A program made the translations under genes and the position numbers. Under the pieces are notes generated by a model. That model was not told where the DNA came from, searched no databases, and was given only the letters and a program-made list of their open reading frames with translations. 64,000 nucleotides of DNA. Source: Octopus vulgaris. Lineage: Eukaryota. This document shows positions 54,825 to 64,000 of this stretch, one piece after another (positions within the stretch are counted from its first letter, which is position 1; the number at the start of each line of letters is the position of its first letter). Location: the NCBI GenBank assembly GCA_951406725.2, contig OX597837.1:3782001-3846000 (forward strand), written 5' to 3'.

Positions 54825-55120
54825 CTAGTGCATTTTGTTGAATTAAGTGTTCCGAATGAGGACAATATTGATGCTGCTCAGGTTAGGAGAGACGAGCGTT
54901 ATGAGTTGCTACTGGAAGACTGTAAAAGTGCTGGCTGGAGTGCAGTAACCTTTTCTATAGACGTTGGATGTAGAGGTTTATGGGAACCAGATTTAGACGG
55001 TTGCTCTTATTTTCTAGTGTGAACCATAGAGAAACAAGATACGTGGAAAAAAGTCAACTATTGAGAGAACCAGCAATCAGATATGGCTGAGAAGGGATAA
55101 TGAAACGTGGTTTGAGGGAT
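54825..55120 (+). mobile_element. Hero-like REL endonuclease fragment
   Basis: VELSVPNEDNIDAAQVRRDERYELLLEDCKSAGWSAVTFSIDVGCRG. Confidence 0.7.
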
Positions 55121-56680
55121 GATATGTTGGTGTAAGGCAGGTATCTGTTTGTCTATATGGCAAGTCAGACATGAATGATTCTACAATTTGAATGGTGATG
55201 ATGATCTCGGTTTCAAAGTCTTATGGTTTAAATGAAGTCAGTCGATCCAAGACACAGTCATTAAGGGATTTGGATGCTTTCGCAAGCAGGTGGAGCGACT
55301 ATATAGAATATCGCCCATTTTTGAAATACTGGTGGTCCTAAATTACCGCCCCGGTAATTCCCTACTGCTTTAAAAATACCCATGTTTTATAAGGCAGCTC
55401 AAGTTACACTATGCAATAAACAAAAAGCAATGAATATGATGCTTGAATTAACTTTGGGCGTATATGGATTCGACAGCAAAGGCAAACATGGGGAGTATAG
55501 ACAATAATAATTTCGATGTTAAGAACACCGACATCAACCTATGTTCCACTTGTAGTGTTTCATTATCTCCAACAATCGTTTCGCATTGTTTTCAAAACAC
55601 CGTTGCTGAATCTACAATTTGCTTTCAAACATCTTTATTCCAAACCGAAACATGGAAACCTCTATACAACCGCTCTATAGAATGAGACCAACCCAGTCAC
55701 AATCTTAATTCAATACTATCAGTAAGAAACAATAATAAAGACTGAAGCTAAGACTACGCGTCTTCATTGGTCAGTTAAAGTTGAGACAGTGTCACGTGAC
55801 AACTTGCTGGGGCTGCCTGCTGGAGCCTCGCAGCAGGTATTTAAAGGGAAAAATTGACAAGGCAGTCAGTCGCCCGCTGACCCTCGTTGACGCTACATCG
55901 AAGAGGTCATGGAACAGAAGAAAGAAGACATGAACCCAACACCAGAGCTGAACACACCTCCGAAAGGGGGAGGGGGAGGGACCGCCACGTCAAAACAGTA
56001 GAGGAGTAGGGGCCGAAACCGGACGTGGTTCCTCCTGATGCTGTCTTTAGCTAACTGGATCCTATAAAGGAACTGTTGTGGTAGCAGGCCACGAAACAGG
56101 GTTGAAATTCCTCTGTTTATATAGATTATTAATTTTGTGTTCCTTAATCACAGGGGTTTCACTGGTGTTACATCAGTCATATAACAACAGCATTCTCTAA
56201 TAGTCTTCCTACTGTGTCGGCCGCAATACGCTCTTCTACAAAATGCAAAACGTTTTCCAAATATCGAATACAGCGTTTAATTTTGAAATATATGCGAGGA
56301 GGGCTATATTAGCTTTCGTTGAATGAAGAAAAGTGGAATCCATTCCTCCAGTGTTAATGTGAGTGAAAGAAAATGTTGTCGATATTTAGAAGATTGCTGG
56401 ATTGCTTCCTGTACACATTTTTCATGCAAAGATTAAGAAAATAAGATTTTGTCGCCTACATCTTATGAATCTTAGAAATTCGAATAATCTGTTGGTTGAT
56501 AGATTTAGGAAAAGGATTATTTCTATATCTCTGATAATAAGATTAATATTGTAATTCATGCAAAACCAGTGTTTCTATGGATTAAGAAAAAGTATTGGTC
56601 CCTTCAGTGTTAAAATGAAACCAAAATGTCTTGGATCTAAGTTCCACGGAAGTTTTGAAAGTTATTAGATTGCTCTTATA

Positions 56681-56977
56681 CTCTTTACTTGTTTCAGTCA
56701 TTTGACAGCGGCCATGCTGGAGCACCGCCTTTCGTCGATCAAATAGACCCCAGGACGTATTATTTGTAAGCCTAGTACTTATTCTATCGGTCTCTTTTGC
56801 CGAACCGCTAAGTTACGGGGACGTAAACACACCAGCATCGGTTGTCAAGCGATGCTGAGGGGAGAAACACAGACACACAAACATATACGCACACATACAT
56901 GTACAAATATATACATATCTATGACGGGCTTCTTTCAGTTTCCGTCTACCAAATCCACTCACAAGGCTTTGGTCGGT
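56681..56977 (-). mobile_element. SINE family B, 5'-truncated
   Basis: Sequence match; fused to the following repeat at ggtcggtcc|tgaataagg. Confidence 0.88.
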
Positions 56978-57541
56978 CCTGAATAAGGATTGTTTAAGGA
57001 TGTTGAATGAACCTCTCATGTTTCTAAAAGTGAATTATCCAATTCTCCAAGAATTCCTTTCAACACCCGTCTGATAAGGGCACACGAGGCACATGCATCA
57101 CAACCATATGTGCGCGACATGGTGATCTCATATCAAGATAAACTGCACATGACCTTGCAGGTGGGGCCCAGTTAGAATTTTCTTCAGGTTGAGTAGCCCA
57201 TCCCGCTCAAACGGTCCCTGAATAAGGGTTGTTTAAGGATGTTGAAAAAACCACCCATGTTTCCAAAGGTGAATTATTCAAACCCCAAAGAATCCCTCTC
57301 AACACATGGCTATGATGCTCCCCAACTACTTCTCTTGACCAGAGATGCACATATCGTCAGCCACTAAGGGACATGCTCAACTGGTTAAGGTCAAACAACT
57401 GACAAGCCAATCTGTGGTATTGAGCAGAATATTTGCTGTAGCCCATCTTTTATACCAAGACAAAACAATGTTCATGATAACACTTCCAATCAGTTAAGAT
57501 CAGAAGCCACGAGAGCCACTGCCTGGTACTGCATCAGGGCA
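56975..57541 (-). mobile_element. Unclassified (TAA)n-adjacent repeat, copy 1
   Basis: 57072-57541 is highly similar to 60130-60602; an internal ~90-bp repeat occurs at 56975-57066 and 57213-57306. Orientation is inferred. Confidence 0.7.
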
Positions 57542-57668
57542 TTTATTATTATTGCCGTTGCACAGCTTCTAACGCTGGAGATGTACTAAGATAACACCTT
57601 TATTTTTCGAGTACCTTCCAGAGTATTCCAGAGTATCCAAGCTAACCTGTCGTATCTCTTAACTTTTC

Positions 57669-57747
<79 letters not shown>

Positions 57748-57812
57748 CATTATATTATTATTATTATTATTATTATTATTATCATTATTATTATTATTAT
57801 TATTATTATTAC

Positions 57813-57855
<43 letters not shown>

Positions 57856-57856
57856 A

Positions 57857-57887
<31 letters not shown>

Positions 57888-57895
57888 TATTAATA

Positions 57896-57926
<31 letters not shown>

Positions 57927-58072
57927 TATTATTATTATTATTATTATTAATATTATTATTATTATTATTATTATTACTATTATTAATATTATTATTATTA
58001 TTATTATTACTATTATTATTATTATTATTATTAATATTATTATGATTATTATTATTATCATTATTATTAATA

Positions 58073-58103
<31 letters not shown>

Positions 58104-58151
58104 TATTATTATTATTATTACTATTATTATTATTACTATTATTATTATTAA

Positions 58152-58190
<39 letters not shown>

Positions 58191-58299
58191 TATTATTATT
58201 AATATTATTATTATTATTATTATTATTACTATTATTACTATTATTATTATTATACTATGATTATTATTATTATTATTATTAATATTATTATTATTATTA

Positions 58300-58340
<41 letters not shown>

Positions 58341-58431
58341 GTTAATATTATTATTATTATTATTACTATTATTATTACTATTATTATTATTAATATTATT
58401 ATTATTATTATTATTATTACTATTGTTACTA

Positions 58432-58462
<31 letters not shown>

Positions 58463-58639
58463 TATTATTATTAATATTATTATTATTATTATTATTATTA
58501 CTATTATTATTATTATTATTATTATTACTATTATTATTATTATTAATATTATTATTGTTATTATTATTACTATTATTACTATTATTATTATTATTATTAC
58601 TATTATTATTATTAATATTATTATTAATATTATTATTAA

Positions 58640-58670
<31 letters not shown>
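57669..58670. repeat. (TTA)n ~1 kb
   Basis: Directly visible. Confidence 0.95.
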
Positions 58671-58673
<3 letters not shown>

Positions 58674-59947
58674 TAGTTTTATTTTTATTTTTATAGCGTG
58701 CTTTCACTTCACTACCGAGCGCAGCTCTGTGTGCCTTGGGTATGTGCTGTGATTTGTTGTGATGCTCTGATGGTTATTGTATGGAAAGTGTTCTGCGTAG
58801 GATGTGGGCAGTGCCTAGTAGTGCAATTTTCTGTATGTTATATGTGTTTGTAAGTCCTGGTGTTTTTGTTATGTATTTGTCTGAATATTTTTTTATCATG
58901 CCTAATGCACCTACTATGATAGGAATTGTTTCTGTTTTCAGATTCCACATTCTAGTTACCTCTATTTCCAGGTCTTTGTATTTTGAGAGTTTCTCCATTT
59001 CTTTTAGAGACACGTTGTCATCTGCCGGTATTGATACATCAATTAAAAAGCATTTTTTTTCTTCATGATCTCTGACAACTATATCTGGTCTGTTGGCCTT
59101 AATTTCTCTATCTGTGTGTATCGGCATATCCCAGAGTATGGTTGCTTTCTCGTTTTCTGTGACCTTTTCTGGTGTGTGCCTATACCATCTTTTTTCTGTT
59201 GTTATTCCATAATGTTGGCATAGCTTTCAATGTATGTAGGTTCCAACTCTGTCATGTCTGTGAATATATTCCTTCTTAGCCAGGACTGGGCAGCTAGAGA
59301 TAATATGATTTATTGTTTCTTGTCCATCTCCACATATTCTGCAGTTACTTGTAATATTTCTTTTCATTACATGTTTTTGGTAATTTCTGGTGGGGAGGCT
59401 TTGGTCTTGTGCTGCAATTAAAAATCCCTCTGTTTCTGCTTTGAGTCCTGAGCTTCTCAACCATTGCTGGGATTTTTCTTTGTCTATTTCTTTTGCGTTT
59501 AGTTTAGTGCAGTATTTACCATGAAGGGGCTTTTCTTGCCATCGTTTTATCATGGTTCGTTGCTGTTCTGTTTTTAGTTTGGATTTCATTTGTTTTATAG
59601 CTTTTGTTGTTTCTTCATCTTCTTCTTCTTCTTCATGTTTATTAGGTGGTATGATTTCTTGTTTGTATTTGTCAGCTTCCTTAAATACTGAGAACAGTTT
59701 TTTGTTTTGCTCGTGTTTTGCTGCTATCTGGATCAGTTTTCCTTCCTTCTGAAGTAGATATTTTTGCAGTCCTATGGTGGTTATTTTATAGTAGTTTTCC
59801 AGTTGTATAAGGCCTCTACCACCTTCCATACGTTGTATATATAGTCTTTCTATGTCAGATTTTGGGTGATGCATCCTAGATCCTGTCATTATTTTTCTTG
59901 TTTTCCTATCTATTTTGGTCAGTTCATTTCGTGTCCAGTTAAGGATA
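58671..59947 (-). mobile_element. R4/Dong-like non-LTR retrotransposon 3' fragment in (TAA)n
   Basis: Motifs LYIQRMEGGRGL, ETEGFLIAAQDQ, CRICGDGQETINHIISSC..RHD and REL domain NRPDIVV..LIDVSIP..EKLSKY. One in-frame stop at 59227-59229; ORF ends at 58774. TAA repeats on both sides. Confidence 0.9.
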
Positions 59948-59963
59948 TTATTATTATTATTAC

Positions 59964-59994
<31 letters not shown>

Positions 59995-60050
59995 ATTATT
60001 ATTATTATTAATATTACTATTATTATTATTATAATTATTATTATTATTAC

Positions 60051-60114
<64 letters not shown>

Positions 60115-60129
60115 ATTATTATTATTGAG

Positions 60130-60602
60130 TGATAAGGGTACACCAGGCACATGCATCACAACCATATGTGCACGACATGGTGATCTCATATCAAGATAAA
60201 CAGCACATGACCTTGCAGGTGGGGCCCAGTTAGAATTTTCTTCAGGTTGAGTAGCCCATACCGCTCAAAAGGTCCCTGAATAAGGGTTGTTTAAGGATGT
60301 TGAAAGAACCACCCATGTTTCCAAGGGTGAATTATTCAAACCCCAAAGAATCCCTCTCAACACATGGCTATGATGCTCCCCCACTACTTCTGCTTGTGAT
60401 CAGAGATGCACATATCGTCAGCCATTAAGGGACATGCTCAACTGGTTAAGGTCAAACAACTGACAAGCAAATCTGTGGTATTGAGCAGAATATTTGCTGT
60501 AGCCCATCTTTTATATCAAGACAAAACAATGTACATGATAACACTTCCAATCAGTTAAGATCAGAAGCCATGAGAGCCACTGCCTGGTACTGCATCAGGG
60601 CA
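60130..60602 (-). mobile_element. Unclassified (TAA)n-flanked repeat, copy 2
   Basis: Duplicate of 57072-57541 with (TTA)n on both sides. Confidence 0.7.
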
Positions 60603-60610
60603 TTATTATG

Positions 60611-60661
<51 letters not shown>

Positions 60662-61404
60662 TGTAGTAGTAGTAGTAACTACAGTGTAGATGCAGCAGCA
60701 CTAGTAATAGTAGTATCAATGTACCATTTCTGTAGAGCATCTCGTTTATGGCATTGATTTAGTTCTCTTCCGCGTTCTTCTCCGTTCCTCGCTCCCTCTG
60801 TCAGTCTCTCCCTCTCTCTCCCCCTGTCCCCCACACATTTTATCCTCCTCTAAATGTAATAAATATCACATCACAATGTTTAAAGAATCGTCTTGTTGTT
60901 TACAATAAAGGGGAAAAGAAGGCAGAGCAGTTGTTTGTATAGATTTTCGTGTACATTCTCCTTTCACTCTTGCGAAATCTTGAGTTTTGTATTTACCAAA
61001 GTAATTTCCGTCCTACAGAATTACGTATACAAAAGAGGAGAAGGAATGTAAACAAAACCTCTCTTTATTTCCTATTTGTACACCGTTTTTTCTCTTGCTG
61101 GCTTCATTCATTGGACTGCGGCCTTGCAGGAGCGCGACATTTAAAGAGTTCCTGTTGTGGATTATATCTGCACCATTTTTTAGGTTTTTTTTCATCGTCC
61201 ATGTAAGATAAGGAGTTACGAAATGCCCGGCAGTATTTCGTCCGTCTTTACGTTCAAATTCCACAGAAATCGACTTCGATTTTCATTCTTCCGAAATCGA
61301 CTCGCTCCCTCCTCCAAGATTCTTGACCCTTAAATCCTTAAATCCTTAAAAAATGTTTTAGCCCGAAGGCCGCGGCCATCCTGGGGCACCACCGCTGTAA
61401 TTGC

Positions 61405-61563
61405 GGGCTTCTTTTCAGTTTCTGTCAACCAAATCCACTCACAAGGCTTTGGTCGGCCCGAGGCTATAGTAGAAGACACTTGCCCAAGGTACCACGCAGT
61501 GAGACTGAACCCGGAACCATGTGGTTGGTAAACAAGCTCCTTACCACACAGCCACTCCTGCGC
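61405..61563 (-). mobile_element. SINE family B 5' half
   Basis: Head match. Confidence 0.85.
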
Positions 61564-61609
61564 TTGTACAAAAATTTAAAACTATTATAATTATTATCAT
61601 TATTACTTT

Positions 61610-62405
61610 CTGGATTCAAATTCCGCCGAGGTCGACTTTGCCATTCATCCTTTCGGAGTCGATAAATTACTAAAATCCAGGCCTTGTGCCTACAGTAGAA
61701 AGGATTATTATTATTAAGGGCCAAACTGGCAGTATCGCTAGCACGCCGGGTCAAATATTATATATTCAAGGCAGCGAGTTGGCAGTATCGTTAGCACGCT
61801 GGACGAAATGCTTAGTGGTATTTCGTTTTGAGTTCAAATTCTGCCAAGATCGACTTTACACTTCATCCGTTCGGTACTGGGGTCAATGTAATCGACTTAA
61901 TCCCCTCCGTCAAACTGCCCTTGTGGCAAAAATTTGAAATAAGTGGCAAGCTGGTAGTATCGTTTCGTTAGCACGCCGGGTAAAATGCTTATTATATATA
62001 CATGGCAGCGAGCTGGCAGAACCGTTAGCATGCCGGGCGAAATGCTTAGCGGTATTTCGTCTGCCGTTACGTTCTGAGTTCAAATTCCGTCGAGGTCGAC
62101 TTTGCCTTTCATCCTTTCGGGGTCGATTAAATAAGTACCAGTTACGCACTGGGGTCGATATAATCGACTTAATCCGTCTGTCTATCCTTGTTTGTCCTCT
62201 CTGTGTTTAGTCCCTTGTGGGTAGTAAAGACATAGAAATAGGTATTTCATCCGTCTTTACGTTCTGAGTTCAAATTCCACCCAAATCGACTTTACATTTC
62301 ATCCGTCCGGGGTCGATAAAATGAGTACCATTTATACACTGGGGTCGGTGAAAATGACTTACACCCTCTCCGGAATTTTCCGGCCTTGTACCAGAATTTG
62401 AAACC
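61610..62405 (+). mobile_element. Cluster of SINE family C copies and fragments (full copy 62004-62240)
   Basis: Repeated ctggcagtatcgttagcacgc heads and gagttcaaattcc cores in the same orientation. Confidence 0.85.
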
Positions 62406-63009
62406 AGCTATGGAAACTAGCTTAAGTTCCCGCCTTATGAATCATACAGGATCACAAAAGATCTATGTACACGCATCAAAGCGCATCTACTTCTAAATAA
62501 ATACGATCTTGTAAACTCTCATGGATATCTAGTTTTGGTATTTATACTCGTATCCATTACACTTTATCCTAATAACCTTTACCAATGTTACTCTCGTGGT
62601 AGTATTGTATATCCAGGCTGAACTTTTATCTCTAATTAGGTGCTAACTGTACTTTAAAGGACACGTGTGATAAGACAAAAATTATAAAAGCTACGAATAT
62701 AAATCCGCAGGTTTTAATTTTTTCATACAAAAAAAAACCAAAAACCAAAAACAAACACAGTAGATGTTTTCTGTGGTTTTTAAATTGGAATTAATGGAAG
62801 AAGAAATACTGAAGCATTTCATACACTAAATAAATAAATAAATAAACATAATTATCATTAAATTTCCTGCAAAAATCAAGTCGTTCATTAGTTTCAGCAC
62901 TGAATACACCGCTATAAATTATCCGTGTGTGAAAATACCGTGCAGATTCTCCGAATCATTGCTGTCCGCCATAATTATACGTTTATACAATATATATATA
63001 CTATGACTC

Positions 63010-63371
63010 CTTCATCATCATCACCATCAACACAGTCCTCGTCATCATCATCATCATTATCATCCTCATCATCATCATCATCATCATCATCACCACCATC
63101 ATCATCATCATTCATCATCACCATCATCACTATCATCAGCATCATCATCACTATCATCATCATCACCATCGTCGTCTTGGTGGTCGCTTTTATCAGCAAC
63201 GTCTTCATCATCACCATCCTCATCATCGTCGTCGTCATCGTCGTCACCAGCATTCTCATCAACGTCATCTTCCTCCTCCTTCTCCTCCTCCTCCTGTCCT
63301 CCTCCTTCCTCACCTGCTCCTCCTCTACCACCTCCTCGTACTCTTCCTCTTCATCATCATCATCATCGTTG

Positions 63372-63403
<32 letters not shown>

Positions 63404-63425
63404 GTCATCATCATCATCATCGTCG

Positions 63426-63457
<32 letters not shown>

Positions 63458-63458
63458 G

Positions 63459-63533
<75 letters not shown>
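63010..63533. repeat. (TCA)n/(TCC)n low-complexity tract
   Basis: Directly visible. Confidence 0.93.
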
Positions 63534-64000
63534 CCGCGCAGATTTTTCTTTTTCAGTAGCCTTCTGCGCCAACATTTCTCGAATGATTGATTGGTAACGT
63601 CAGTTTTCGGCATTAAAAAGAATTCTCATTTAATTCAGGCGAGAAATATTCCTGAAAGCATATGTCACGCGCACACACATTCGTAAGTACACATTTTGCA
63701 CCCCCTGCCAACCATGAAACGATAAATGTAAAGGCATGCAGTCTAGCTTATATAATAGAGAATACGCTGAGATGCATGCTAAGCTAATTATACGTTAGTA
63801 ATTGCACTGCTTATCCGATAATGAACTTAAGAAATCTATGTCGCGCTTTTTTATGCGAATTTCATAAAGAATTGTGGAATAAACACTTGTAAAAACTTGA
63901 CAAATATATAATTGCAATTTTCTAAGCTAAAAATACGATTTTCCTTGACTATATACGATGTGTCACTGTCTGTCTGTCTGTCTATCTTTCTATCAATCAA

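Noticed and set aside
60200-60285. HDV-like ribozyme (GACCTT/AAGGTC pairing on the minus strand)
   Set aside because: No P1.1 GG or convincing P2/P3 found by eye
62925-63613. Poly-Ser and poly-Asp ORFs
   Set aside because: (TCA)n microsatellite

Overview
AT-rich, microsatellite-saturated eukaryotic intergenic or intronic DNA. The SINE families and repeat style suggest an octopus (inferred, not searched). No host protein-coding exon could be supported; most ORF-track entries are microsatellite or SINE translations. Transposable-element content: three abundant tRNA-like SINE families; decayed Chapaev3-like and mariner transposases; a head-to-tail Helitron stack with a Pif1 helicase fragment; a non-autonomous Gypsy-type LTR element (tRNA-Leu PBS) with an open, rearranged 626-aa ORF; and LINE 3' fragments (Tx1/L1-like inside (TATC)n, R4/Dong-like inside (TAA)n, Hero x2, CR1 x2, Penelope/Neptune GIY-YIG). 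The most notable signal is a set of at least 6 distinct families of short, often fold-back, non-coding elements sitting between (TA)n tracts. These carry minimal type I hammerhead ribozymes, mostly with palindromic stem III. One family has an apparent compensatory G3:C8 swap of the catalytic core in all three copies. All calls were made by eye and element boundaries are approximate.
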